From Parachlamydiales bacterium (GTDB lineage: Bacteria > Chlamydiota > Chlamydiia > Chlamydiales > SM23-39), in NCBI GenBank assembly GCA_050302075.1, contig JBNLAH010000003.1, forward strand, positions 128,001-192,000: a stretch of 64,000 nucleotides of DNA. The letters are read 5' to 3'. The notes below the pieces were generated by a model, which was given only the letters and a program-made list of their open reading frames with translations, was not told the origin of the DNA and made no database searches. Positions 33,516 through 43,272 of the stretch are shown piece after piece. How positions within the stretch are numbered: position 1 is the stretch's first letter; the number at the start of each line of letters is the position of its first letter. The position numbers were made by a program, and so were the translations under genes.

Positions 33516-34569
33516 AACTACCTATCTGTTCTTGGATCCATGGATATAGCTTTCTAAGACCTTCTTCAAGGCTGCTTGATGGTTTCCAACCAAGTTCTTT
33601 AAAAATTAAGCTGTTGTCCGAATTCCTGCCTTGAACTCCCTCTGGTCCCTCCACATTTATTATTTCAATTTTCTTTTCAGCAATTTCTGAAATTAGTCTG
33701 GTTAAATTATTAATTGAAATCATTTCTTCAGAGCCTAAATTAAGTATTGGCAATTTTTTTTCTGAGCTCATAATTTGCCTTATTCCTTCAACACACTCAT
33801 CAATGTATAAGAATGAACGAGTTTGATTGCCGCTTCCCCAAATTTCTATTTCTGAACTTTGAACTGATTTGGCTACTTTTCGACATATTGCAGCAGGTGC
33901 TTTTTCTCTGCCTCCTTCCCAAGTTCCTAGTGGACCAAAAATATTGTGAAATCTAGCTATTCGAATGTCCATTCCATAATCATTTGCATAAGCTTCGTAT
34001 AGACGCTCACTAAAAAGTTTTTCCCAGCCATATTCGGTGTCTGGTTCAGCTGGGTATGCTGAATCTTCTACACAGAGAGGGTTATTAGGATCTAATTGAT
34101 TTCGTTCCGGGTAAACACAAGCAGAAGAAGAAAAAAACACTTTTCCTACTTTAGCTTTTCTGCATTCTTCCAAAACATGTAAGTTAATCAGTGCAGAATC
34201 ATGCATAATTTCCGCATCATGAAATGATATAAATCCCATTCCTCCCATGTTTGCCGCAAGCTGCAACACTTCATCAAATGGGAAAAGTTCTCCATTAATA
34301 CTAAGCGATTTTTTTGCATCATTAGCTAACCTGAGATCCGCTATTACAAACTCATCAGCTTCAGTTTGCTCAAATTCAGGATATTTTAAATCTACTCCTC
34401 GAACCCAATAACCTTCTTTTTTATAGCGCTTTACTAAATGATGCCCTATAAATCCTCCGGCCCCACATATAACAGCTGTTTTCTTACCAGAAAGTTCTTC
34501 TTTTGTAGGTGACGCAAATAAGTTAATTTGCACAAAGAAAATGAAATACATAAATAAACTTTTATACAT
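33505..34569 (-). CDS. GDP-mannose 3,5-epimerase-like SDR with signal peptide
   Basis: GAGGFIG, LAANMGGMGFI, SSSACVYP, YGWEKL, RFHNIFGP and GREKAPAA motifs. ATG at 34569 has a GGAG RBS. Confidence 0.87.
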   Translation of the reverse strand: MYKSLFMYFIFFVQINLFASPTKEELSGKKTAVICGAGGFIGHHLVKRYKKEGYWVRGVDLKYPEFEQTEADEFVIADLRLANDAKKSLSINGELFPFDEVLQLAANMGGMGFISFHDAEIMHDSALINLHVLEECRKAKVGKVFFSSSACVYPERNQLDPNNPLCVEDSAYPAEPDTEYGWEKLFSERLYEAYANDYGMDIRIARFHNIFGPLGTWEGGREKAPAAICRKVAKSVQSSEIEIWGSGNQTRSFLYIDECVEGIRQIMSSEKKLPILNLGSEEMISINNLTRLISEIAEKKIEIINVEGPEGVQGRNSDNSLIFKELGWKPSSSLEEGLRKLYPWIQEQIGSYEN

Positions 34570-34582
34570 AAAAAAAATTCTC

Positions 34583-35752
34583 CTAATACTTGGTTTCATA
34601 GTTAAAAATATCACCAAATTTTTCTCGAACACGTTCAATTATTGGTTCAAAATCCCTAATAGTTACGCTCTTACCCCTCTCTACAAGCTTTTTAGCAACA
34701 ACTAGTTTTTGAGAGGCATCGATCATTGGAACTGGACAGTTTTCTTTATAAGCGACATTTTCAAATACATAGTCAGAAAGATCTTTATTGGTTAATTCTT
34801 GAGCCATATATTCAGCATGCTGGTTATTGACTAAATCAGTTGTTTCAAAAAATATTGGGTCAATTTCTTTTAATGCAGAATATTCGCCTAAAGCCTTGTT
34901 ATCCCTAGGAAAACATGGTCCGCCAAACCCAAACCCTGGTAAAATACACTTTTCCCCAATTCTTCTGTCTTTTCCAATTGCATGCAAAATATCAAATTTA
35001 TTTGCCCCCAATGTCTTATCGGCAATATCTCCTATTAAATTTGCAAAAGAAATCTTCGCTGTTATAAAGCAATTAAGAGCTAATTTTGTAATTTCAGCAC
35101 TTTCCACTGACATACGGGCTATATAAGGGGAATTCTTGCAAAGCTGTTTATATATTTTTTCTAACAATGCTCCTGACTCATTTGATCCTTCTCCAATTAG
35201 AACCATATCAGGATTGCAAAGACCGTTTACAATCTCTCCTTGTGCTATAAAAGGAGGGTTATAGCAGATTGTAGTTGAAGGACAGTCTGCCAGCAAATAA
35301 CGCGCATATTCTTTTATGTATCCAGGCTTTATTGTTGAGCAAATAACAATCTTTTTATTTGCTGGAGAATATAAATTTATCTTTGAAAGCAATTCGCTTA
35401 GAAGAGAAAAATCATATCCATCTGTTCCATGTGTAGTAGTGATAGTAATAAAACATATGTCTGAAAAATCTAGACCTTCTTTTAGTGACGTCGTAGCCTT
35501 AAATCTTTGAGAAGATTCGAGAAGGCCATTTATGAAAGGCTCAGTTGAATCAAAAGATTTATCATTAAGTTGGTCTACATATTCTGGCAAAACATCTACA
35601 CCTAAAACATCATATCCTGCTTTTTCCAAGCAAAGTGCAAATGATAAACCAAGTCTTCCAACACCAATTACAGTGATATTTTCACTAAAGCATTTATTCG
35701 GACAAAAGCCCAGAATGAAAAGTACTATTAATTTTCCTAAATAATTTTTCAT
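34583..35752 (-). CDS. UDP-glucose/GDP-mannose dehydrogenase family protein with signal peptide
   Basis: GVGRLG, EITKLALN and GFGGPCFPRD motifs. ATG at 35752 follows a GAGGGG RBS. Confidence 0.85.
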   Translation of the reverse strand: MKNYLGKLIVLFILGFCPNKCFSENITVIGVGRLGLSFALCLEKAGYDVLGVDVLPEYVDQLNDKSFDSTEPFINGLLESSQRFKATTSLKEGLDFSDICFITITTTHGTDGYDFSLLSELLSKINLYSPANKKIVICSTIKPGYIKEYARYLLADCPSTTICYNPPFIAQGEIVNGLCNPDMVLIGEGSNESGALLEKIYKQLCKNSPYIARMSVESAEITKLALNCFITAKISFANLIGDIADKTLGANKFDILHAIGKDRRIGEKCILPGFGFGGPCFPRDNKALGEYSALKEIDPIFFETTDLVNNQHAEYMAQELTNKDLSDYVFENVAYKENCPVPMIDASQKLVVAKKLVERGKSVTIRDFEPIIERVREKFGDIFNYETKY

Positions 35753-35995
35753 AAAAACCCCTCTCAAAAAATGGAAAAGTGATCCTAATCGACACTTTCT
35801 AAAATGTAAATAAAATTTTTTAATCTTTTATGAATATATTTTTTAAAAAATCTTTATATGAGAGCTTGTAGATTTATATTTCACTATGAAGAATTCATCT
35901 ATAGGTTTTGAATTTTTCCAAATAGCTTTTTTTAAGTTATTGAGAAAAAATTTGAATACTAGATACCTTGTTAAAAAAATTATTGGAGAAAACAG

Positions 35996-36856
35996 ATGAA
36001 ATCTTTGATTAAAAAGGTTCTACCCCAAAGTGTCATTAAAAAATTAATAACATTAAAAGAAAAAAATCTCTCACCAGAACTAAGAAGAGCCAGAACAATT
36101 GGATTAAACAGCAAACAATATAAGGAATTCATCTTAGATGAAAATGCAGCATCAAATACCCATGAGCTATTCATATTTGGAGCTATGAAAAAGACAAAAT
36201 TTTTAAAAGAATCAAAAGCTTTCCTAATGGAATCGATTTTTGATGATGCATATCAATTAGAAAAAATTAACATCCCAAGAGATCAGCATTGCAAAATCAT
36301 CGATATTGGGGCTAACGTTGGCGCATTTGCAATAGCTGCAAGAACACATTTCCCTAGAGCTACAATTCATTGTTATGAACCACACCCTAGTTTAGAAGAA
36401 TTTCTAAAACTACAGGCATACGCAGTTGGAGCAAAATATTATATGGAAGGAGTTGGCTTTGAAGAGGGGTTTTTTGCCTCAGACGAAATGCAAAATGAAA
36501 TTCTTCAAAGCGAATCTGTAAAAATAATGGACTTCACTAAAAAGGGAGACATCAAAATTTCTTCCTTAAAAACAGTTATTGAAAGAATTGGTGGTTATGT
36601 TGACATCCTTAAACTTGACTGTGAAGGATCAGAATGGAATATTCTTAAAGATAAAGATGCTCTTCAAAAAGTTAATTATTTAACAGTTGAATTTCACCGA
36701 ATATCTCCTGATAAGTCTTTTGATATTTATGACAGATCAATAGATATTCACAAAAAGGCTAAAGAGACTATCTCTTCGTTGGGTTTTACAATTCTTGTTG
36801 AAAGATATCATAGCGTAGATGCTGGCATTATACTAGCTCAGAGGAACATTAATTAA
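35996..36856 (+). CDS. FkbM family methyltransferase (no signal peptide)
   Basis: DIGANVG, YEP, KLDCEGSE and VEFH motifs; GGAG RBS. Confidence 0.88.
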   Translation: MKSLIKKVLPQSVIKKLITLKEKNLSPELRRARTIGLNSKQYKEFILDENAASNTHELFIFGAMKKTKFLKESKAFLMESIFDDAYQLEKINIPRDQHCKIIDIGANVGAFAIAARTHFPRATIHCYEPHPSLEEFLKLQAYAVGAKYYMEGVGFEEGFFASDEMQNEILQSESVKIMDFTKKGDIKISSLKTVIERIGGYVDILKLDCEGSEWNILKDKDALQKVNYLTVEFHRISPDKSFDIYDRSIDIHKKAKETISSLGFTILVERYHSVDAGIILAQRNIN

Positions 36857-36858
36857 CT

Positions 36859-38070
36859 TCAAAGCAAAAGCTTATGTTTTAGTAGAAAAAATTGACTACA
36901 TTTACTCAAACCATATTCAAGAGGGCTATCAGGAGATAAAGCACTATATTGCATTTGCAAGTCAGATGGATTTCCTGGCATTGCTAACAATTCATTTAAA
37001 GCTTCTAAAATCTCCTCGTCATTGGCATTTATTGCTTCATAATGATCTTCTGGAAATATCTCCTCGCCTATATCTTTTCTAGACTCGTAAAGATTAATCT
37101 GTTCAGAAAATTTAAGCAGTTTATTGTTGTTTTTATTTGCTACTAAAGCTGGAACCATGATTGCTTTTTTAGATGGCATACTCATTTGCAGCTGCCAAGA
37201 ATTCAAATATAAGTAAGGAATATCAAAACGGTCTGCAAGAAAGGATATTCCAGAACCAGAGGTAATAACTAGCGATGCCTTCGAAAAAAGTAAGATGTCA
37301 TTAGTATAGCTTGCCCAGTTTGATTCAGAATAATTGAACATTTTCAGATCAATAAAAACATCTGGCATTTTTTCTCTTCCTACAAAAATTAGCTGATATC
37401 CAAGCTTTTGAAGCAACTTCAAAGCTGGCAATAATGTCTTAGGATCAGTTGGCTTTGCAGTAGCATTGACAATCTTTGTCTTAATCTGGACTAATGCCAT
37501 TTTTTCATCTAAAAAAGAAAGATTCTCATAAACATTTGAATCAATTTCACAAAGTGGAAAGTACGAGCTACTCTTAGAACATAGCCTATAATAATATGAA
37601 AGTCTTTCTATTCCTTCTTTCTTAGTCACTTGATATAGATAATTGTTAGGATAAATAACGCTAACTCTACCTTTATCTATCTGCCATTTCAACCTAGATA
37701 ATCCGCAATCCTCTGTAATTGATTTATATCTAACAGTAAGAGGAAGAAATAAAAAATACCAAAAATAACCAACAAAAATTTTATAAAAGTGCCTCTTATA
37801 CAAAAGGTCAATAGCATTAGAGTAAGGATCTGGCTTTCGTACAATTACAAATTTTTTATCTTTGTTTATTTCTTTTAAAAACTTTTTCCTTAAGAAGAAA
37901 TCTAGTTCAGCAGTTGTATGACCAACACCACTTGCTATGTTCACAACAAAGCAAATTTTTTTTGACTTGAAAAACTTATATAAAGGCCAATAAATCACTC
38001 CTATTTTGGAGGGAGCTACTTTGGTTTCATAATAGTGAATTAAGCGACGTAATGGCCCTTTAAGAAACAT
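36859..38070 (-). CDS. Putative glycosyltransferase (TIGR04372-like)
   Basis: GVGH..ELDFFLR, ITSGSG and N..EEILEA motifs. Start uncertain (38070 or 38097). Confidence 0.55.
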   Translation of the reverse strand: MFLKGPLRRLIHYYETKVAPSKIGVIYWPLYKFFKSKKICFVVNIASGVGHTTAELDFFLRKKFLKEINKDKKFVIVRKPDPYSNAIDLLYKRHFYKIFVGYFWYFLFLPLTVRYKSITEDCGLSRLKWQIDKGRVSVIYPNNYLYQVTKKEGIERLSYYYRLCSKSSSYFPLCEIDSNVYENLSFLDEKMALVQIKTKIVNATAKPTDPKTLLPALKLLQKLGYQLIFVGREKMPDVFIDLKMFNYSESNWASYTNDILLFSKASLVITSGSGISFLADRFDIPYLYLNSWQLQMSMPSKKAIMVPALVANKNNNKLLKFSEQINLYESRKDIGEEIFPEDHYEAINANDEEILEALNELLAMPGNPSDLQMQYSALSPDSPLEYGLSKCSQFFLLKHKLLL

Positions 38071-39985
38071 TTGAAGGCCTTTTAGTAAATAACTCAATTA
38101 ACCTGTGAGCTTGGATGAACTCCCAGCTCTTTCTGGCATTTATGGGATCGTTATTAGCGTAGCACTTTAGTACAAAATCGCGGATCACTCTTCCATCCCA
38201 AATATTAGACTGTAGAAAACTCTGGCTGTTTAATATATCTAAAATGAAGGTCTTTAAGTCACTTTTGTACCACTCAATAATGGGGCTTGCAAATCCTACT
38301 TTAGATTTTCGGAGTCGAATATCTTCTGGCAAAAAACCACACATAGCTTCTCTAAGAATCCTCTTTGTAAATCCACTTCCTATTAAAGAACTTTTAGGAA
38401 GAGACAAAGCGTAAGTCACAAGCCTCCAATCTAAAAAAGGCGATCTAACTTCAACACCATGAGCCATTGAGACACAATCAAAATTTTTCAAAATCACAGG
38501 AAGTGTAGTTTGATGAAAGTCTCTATATAAGACCTCTTTTATGCTGCTAGCTGATAAAGCGCTACATCCCTTTGGCTTTGTTAAAAACCAGTCTAAAAAT
38601 CCTTGATGTTTTAATTTAGAGAAAAAGAAATTCAATACTCTGTAAAGAAAAGGATTATTTTTTATTCTTAATTTCATCGCTTGCGATAAACAACTTCCTA
38701 TTGAGTATGTAAATGGAGAATCTTTTGGTAGAATCTCACTTATTTGCTTTTTGACAGTTATAAACTCTTTAATTCTGGGAATTGGAAATATTGAGTTAAG
38801 AAGCATTGTTTCAACATGATGATGATATCCACCTAAAATTTCATCCGCTCCATGCCCATCAATAGAAACTTGAAACCCATTTTCTCGAAAATTTCTGTAA
38901 ACCAACCAAGGTCCAATAGGTAAATCAAAAATCCCTTCTATAGAAAAAAGAACATTATCAAAATGGGTTATTAAATCACTAGGAGCAACTTCGTAAATAT
39001 GACTAATGGATTTAGTGTTTGCTATCATCTCCTTTGCAAACTCTAACTCATCTTGTGATGAATTAGGATAACTAATTACAAATGCTGAACTTTCATTAGA
39101 GGGATGTCTATTTTTGTTAATGTTTTTTGAATTCTTGATATGGGATATCATCGATAAAACAGAGCTTGAGTCAAGACCTCCGCTTAAAGATGTCCCAAAT
39201 GCGACATCACTTCTCATGCGAATTTTGCAAGCATCCTTGAACAAATGGCGAAAATATGCTGTCTGTTCATCAAATGTCTCATTGATATTTATCAGGTGGT
39301 TTTTTGTATCCCACCATTTAGCTAACTGAAATCCTTTTCTAAGTGAGAATGTTCCATAATGTCCAGGCAATAACCTATGTACATTTTTAAATAATGTCCT
39401 TTCAGATGACTCTACAATGCTTGGGTTATAAATTGCATTTGAAACTTCCTGAGAATTAAAGCTTAGATCAAAAGACAAAAACGAAAAGGCTTTCATTTCA
39501 GAAGCAAAAGCAAAAAACTCATTATTAAAAAAATAATAAAAAGGCTTTACTCCAAACCTGTCTCTTGAAAAAAAGAGTTTTTTCTCAAGCGTATCCCAAA
39601 CCGCAAATGCCCACATCCCATTAAATTTATCTAGGCATTTTTCTTTCCATTCAATGTAGCTAGCTAAAATTACTTCTGCATCTGACTCAGAATTAAACTG
39701 ATATCCTTTTGATTTAAGTTCTTCTTTAACCTCTATAAAATTATAAATTTCGCCATTATAGGTAAGCCAATATCTTCCCTTAGCATATGACATCGGTTGG
39801 GATCCTGATTCAGAAAGATCCAATATTTTTAATCTTCGATGGCCTAAATGCAATCTAGAGCTAAAATCATGATAAACTCCTCTACCATCAGGACCACGAT
39901 GAGCTAAGGAATCAACAAAGTTATCAAACTCATGAACTGAAATATCTCTGGAATTATAAGCATACAATCCTACGATTCCACACAT
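38060..39985 (-). CDS. asnB: Asparagine synthase-type glutamine amidotransferase (glycan amidation, WbpS-like)
   Basis: MCGI, HRGPD, NGEIYN, RDRFGVKP, SLSGGLDSS, DGHGADE and EVRSPFLD motifs. Confidence 0.92.
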   Translation of the reverse strand: MCGIVGLYAYNSRDISVHEFDNFVDSLAHRGPDGRGVYHDFSSRLHLGHRRLKILDLSESGSQPMSYAKGRYWLTYNGEIYNFIEVKEELKSKGYQFNSESDAEVILASYIEWKEKCLDKFNGMWAFAVWDTLEKKLFFSRDRFGVKPFYYFFNNEFFAFASEMKAFSFLSFDLSFNSQEVSNAIYNPSIVESSERTLFKNVHRLLPGHYGTFSLRKGFQLAKWWDTKNHLININETFDEQTAYFRHLFKDACKIRMRSDVAFGTSLSGGLDSSSVLSMISHIKNSKNINKNRHPSNESSAFVISYPNSSQDELEFAKEMIANTKSISHIYEVAPSDLITHFDNVLFSIEGIFDLPIGPWLVYRNFRENGFQVSIDGHGADEILGGYHHHVETMLLNSIFPIPRIKEFITVKKQISEILPKDSPFTYSIGSCLSQAMKLRIKNNPFLYRVLNFFFSKLKHQGFLDWFLTKPKGCSALSASSIKEVLYRDFHQTTLPVILKNFDCVSMAHGVEVRSPFLDWRLVTYALSLPKSSLIGSGFTKRILREAMCGFLPEDIRLRKSKVGFASPIIEWYKSDLKTFILDILNSQSFLQSNIWDGRVIRDFVLKCYANNDPINARKSWEFIQAHRLIELFTKRPSNVS

Positions 39986-41799
39986 AACTTTCCTTTAGAT
40001 TGTATTTCCCAAAAACTATTGTATTTACCTTTTGAAGCTATTAATTCTTCATGTGTACCAACTTCTGCTATTTCTCCATTATCAATTAAGAATATTTGAT
40101 CAGACTTTGTAATAGTAGATAACCTATGAGCAACTATAATTATTGTTATCTTATGCTGGAGCCTTTCTAGTGCTTTTTGAATAAAATACTCTGAATGACT
40201 ATCTAAATTGCTTGTAGCTTCGTCGAGAATTAGAATTTGAGGCTTCCTAACTAAAGCTCTCGCTAATGCGATCCTTTGCTTTTCCCCACCTGAAAGCCTA
40301 TAACCTTTTTCACCAACGATAGTTTTGAAACCACCAGGTAAATTTAAAATAAATTCAAAAGCTCCTGCTATTTTTGATGCTTTAATAATTTCCTCATCAC
40401 TTGCATCTAACTTTCCGAATCTAATGTTTTCTTCAATAGTTCCATGTAGCATTAGAGATTCTTGACTTACTAAACCCAAAGAATCTCGCCAAGATTTAAT
40501 ACTAAACTTATCTAACTTTTCTCCATCTACTAGTATTTCTCCACTAAGTGGCTCGTAAAGCCTAGTTAGAAGATCCAGTAATGTAGATTTTCCAGCTCCT
40601 GATGAGCCAACAAAAGCTGCTGTTTGGCCTTTACTAATTTCAAAAGTAACATTTTTTACTACGCTTGCTAAGTTAGGGGCATATCTAAAATTTATGGAGT
40701 TAAATTGGATTTTGTTTTTAAAACATGAGAATTCTTCACCTGATTCATCAATGAACTCTTTATCATCATTTCTCAAAACTTCATTCATCCTCTGTACAAA
40801 CCCTGAATATCTTGCTATTGTGCCTATACTTGACATTAATATTTGTGATTTGGTGCTTAGTCTATAAGTGACCGTTAAAAAAGTTAATAAGGTAGGAACT
40901 GTATTTGTTGTAAAAAAGAAAGATCCAGCGACTAAACAAATTCCAACTAGAAAAATTGACATAATTTCATTAAAAGGAATTAAAACTCCGGTGAGAGATA
41001 ATAGTTTTTTAGTTATGTCCTTTATATTCGTAATATTGGTTTTCGCATTTTCTAAAGATTCTTTCTCCCTTCCATATAAGTGAATTAATTTTAATACCTG
41101 TAAGTACTGAGCAGTCTTTTTACTAAGATCAATTTGGAGTTTGGTTAGACGCTTTGAGGTTTGTGAAATTTTTTTAATGACTTTTTTTTGGGCAAAGAAA
41201 AGAGTTAAACTAGACAAAATGACAATCAAGGCCATCTTAATGCTTATTGAAAAAAGAAATGCTGATAGTACACTACATGTAAAAAAAGAAATTAAACTTT
41301 GGTTAATTGATTCAGTTAGCCCAGGAATAGCAGTAGTTGGAGAAGATGAATATTCAATTAAATCTCCCTGTTTATAGTTACTTACACAGCTATAACTAAA
41401 TTTAAAAACTTTATTATAAATTTTTTTCTGCAATTCTGATTGAATAGATGTACTAAATTTAATAGCGCAAATGTGGCCAATATAGCTCAGCACACTTTTC
41501 AACATTTGAGTAAAAACAGCAATAATAACAAAAAAAGAAAACCATTTTATATTATCCCAGCTCTGAAAGTTAAAAACTTTAAAGAGGAATGAAGGTAATT
41601 TTGATACATTAATCTTACCTTCTAGCGCTGAAATAGCAATGATAATTAATGTAAAAAAGACTCCTTCAAGCAAAGCCGCTATGATATAGAAAAAAATAGT
41701 CTCAAACAATAAATAGATTCTTTTTTTATTTTTACCCTTAAAAATTAATTTAAAAAGTGAACTAGTTAAAAATCCTTTAAACACTTTAATAAAAACCAA
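39970..41799 (-). CDS. ABC exporter, TMD+NBD (MsbA/PglK-like glycan flippase)
   Basis: N-terminal TM domain, then GSSGAGKST, LSGGEKQR, ILDEATS and AHR motifs. Confidence 0.9.
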   Translation of the reverse strand: MVFIKVFKGFLTSSLFKLIFKGKNKKRIYLLFETIFFYIIAALLEGVFFTLIIIAISALEGKINVSKLPSFLFKVFNFQSWDNIKWFSFFVIIAVFTQMLKSVLSYIGHICAIKFSTSIQSELQKKIYNKVFKFSYSCVSNYKQGDLIEYSSSPTTAIPGLTESINQSLISFFTCSVLSAFLFSISIKMALIVILSSLTLFFAQKKVIKKISQTSKRLTKLQIDLSKKTAQYLQVLKLIHLYGREKESLENAKTNITNIKDITKKLLSLTGVLIPFNEIMSIFLVGICLVAGSFFFTTNTVPTLLTFLTVTYRLSTKSQILMSSIGTIARYSGFVQRMNEVLRNDDKEFIDESGEEFSCFKNKIQFNSINFRYAPNLASVVKNVTFEISKGQTAAFVGSSGAGKSTLLDLLTRLYEPLSGEILVDGEKLDKFSIKSWRDSLGLVSQESLMLHGTIEENIRFGKLDASDEEIIKASKIAGAFEFILNLPGGFKTIVGEKGYRLSGGEKQRIALARALVRKPQILILDEATSNLDSHSEYFIQKALERLQHKITIIIVAHRLSTITKSDQIFLIDNGEIAEVGTHEELIASKGKYNSFWEIQSKGKLCVES

Positions 41800-41804
41800 A
41801 AATA

Positions 41805-42566
41805 TTATTGTTTAATGAAAAAAGCCTGGCCGGTAGGGATAGGTATTAAAACTTCTTGCTTGTCTCTCATGAAATTATCAATCGCCTTTCTAGCTCCTAT
41901 GCACATTGGGAAACCATAATCATCAAAAAGAACTACAGCTCCTTTTACTAGTCTAGGATAGACAAACTCTAAAGAATCATAGGTTGCTTGAAACAAGTCA
42001 ACGTCGATATGCACAAATGAAAATCTTTTTTCCTCCAGATCTTGTAACACGTTCGGAATCCAGCCTTTTACTAAGTGAATTTTGCATTTATGCTTTGACA
42101 AGTAGTCGTAAATTGTATTTTTACTAAATCCTTTTAGTCCACCTTTCTTAAAAAATGGACTATTTGTTCTTACATCAATATCATCTTCATTAGGTTCAGC
42201 TAAACCTTCAAAGCTATCTACACCATAAATTTCTTTATTTGAACAGTCATATAGATCTAGAACAGAAGCAAATATATCAATGCTTTTGCCTTTAAATACT
42301 CCAAGCTCAATAAAATCTCCCTCAGGGATTTTAGCTGCTAGCTTAGATAGTTTATATTGTAAGTATCTACCTTCTTTAAATAAAAGATTCTGGTTTTCTA
42401 CAGGGAAGCTATTATCAATTCTTAAAAATTCTTCATCACAAGTCCATGGACAAAACAAAGGATTAGCATAACTTTGAAATTTTCTATAAGACTTATCTTT
42501 CGATATTGCTTGATTGTTAGATAGAAAAAACAAACATAAGATAAAAACTAATATTTTTTTCATCAT
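41805..42566 (-). CDS. TylF/MycF/NovP-family sugar O-methyltransferase with signal peptide
   Basis: GDFIELGVFKG, DSFEGL, KGW, HIDVDL and FDDYG motifs. Confidence 0.87.
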   Translation of the reverse strand: MMKKILVFILCLFFLSNNQAISKDKSYRKFQSYANPLFCPWTCDEEFLRIDNSFPVENQNLLFKEGRYLQYKLSKLAAKIPEGDFIELGVFKGKSIDIFASVLDLYDCSNKEIYGVDSFEGLAEPNEDDIDVRTNSPFFKKGGLKGFSKNTIYDYLSKHKCKIHLVKGWIPNVLQDLEEKRFSFVHIDVDLFQATYDSLEFVYPRLVKGAVVLFDDYGFPMCIGARKAIDNFMRDKQEVLIPIPTGQAFFIKQ

Positions 42567-42657
42567 ATTCTCTTTTTTTTTGAAAAAACTCTATGACAAA
42601 AAAAGTTCTTTTTCAATAAATAATTTACATTAAATCTAGCACTACTAAAAAGTAAAA

Positions 42658-42676
42658 ATGTAAAGCTGCTTTACAT
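42658..42676. promoter_or_regulatory. 19-bp palindrome ATGTAAAGC-T-GCTTTACAT, putative operator
   Basis: Perfect 9-bp inverted repeat, recurring at 42929-42947. Confidence 0.6.
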
Positions 42677-42928
42677 AAAAAAAACATAACTTTGATAAGT
42701 TGCTTGATGACTATTGTTTGGATTTAACTGAAAGTTTTAAAAATTTTTGATATTTAAAAACTGTTTTGCTCATTAGTTGTAAAGCCACAATCTCCAATTT
42801 TTTATAGAGAAAAATGGATTCATGGTTATTTCTCAAGATGGAAATCTTTATAAAAGATCTATAAAATAACTCCATAGAATTAAATCATAAAGAGTTCTGC
42901 TTACAGGCATTTTTTCTCCCATTAGTCT

Positions 42929-42947
42929 ATGTAAAGCCGCTTTACAT
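42929..42947. promoter_or_regulatory. 19-bp palindrome ATGTAAAGC-C-GCTTTACAT, putative operator
   Basis: Second copy, about 63 bp upstream of the ATG at 43011. Confidence 0.6.
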
Positions 42948-43010
42948 TATCAATTTCTTGAAAGTTAGTCAAAAAATCATAGAATATATTTTCTAAACAG
43001 AGGAGTTGAA

Positions 43011-43220
43011 ATGCTAGAATCTATACGCCAAAAATTAGCTTCATATATACCTTCAGAAAGGCAAACGAAAATATTTGCTAGTGGATTAGCCTTTGGAATT
43101 GCATCCGCTGTTGCTTTAAATGCTATAGGAAAAGTTGCAAAATCAATAATTAGTGCAGCTGATTCGAATCGGGGGAACAACGCTAGTCATGAGATACCAA
43201 CTGATTCTCAAAAAGTATAG
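43011..43220 (+). CDS. Small hypothetical protein with one hydrophobic segment
   Basis: AGGAG RBS. N-terminal IPS-x-R..K..A..LAFG is shared with the 580-aa protein. Confidence 0.6.
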   Translation: MLESIRQKLASYIPSERQTKIFASGLAFGIASAVALNAIGKVAKSIISAADSNRGNNASHEIPTDSQKV

Positions 43221-43272
43221 GATTTGAGAAAAAAGCTCATATGGTATTTCAAAAAAGAATAAATTTTCTAAC

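Noticed and set aside
42977..43180. 67-aa minus-strand ORF
   Set aside because: Shadow of the 43011 ORF, which has the better RBS and a shared motif.
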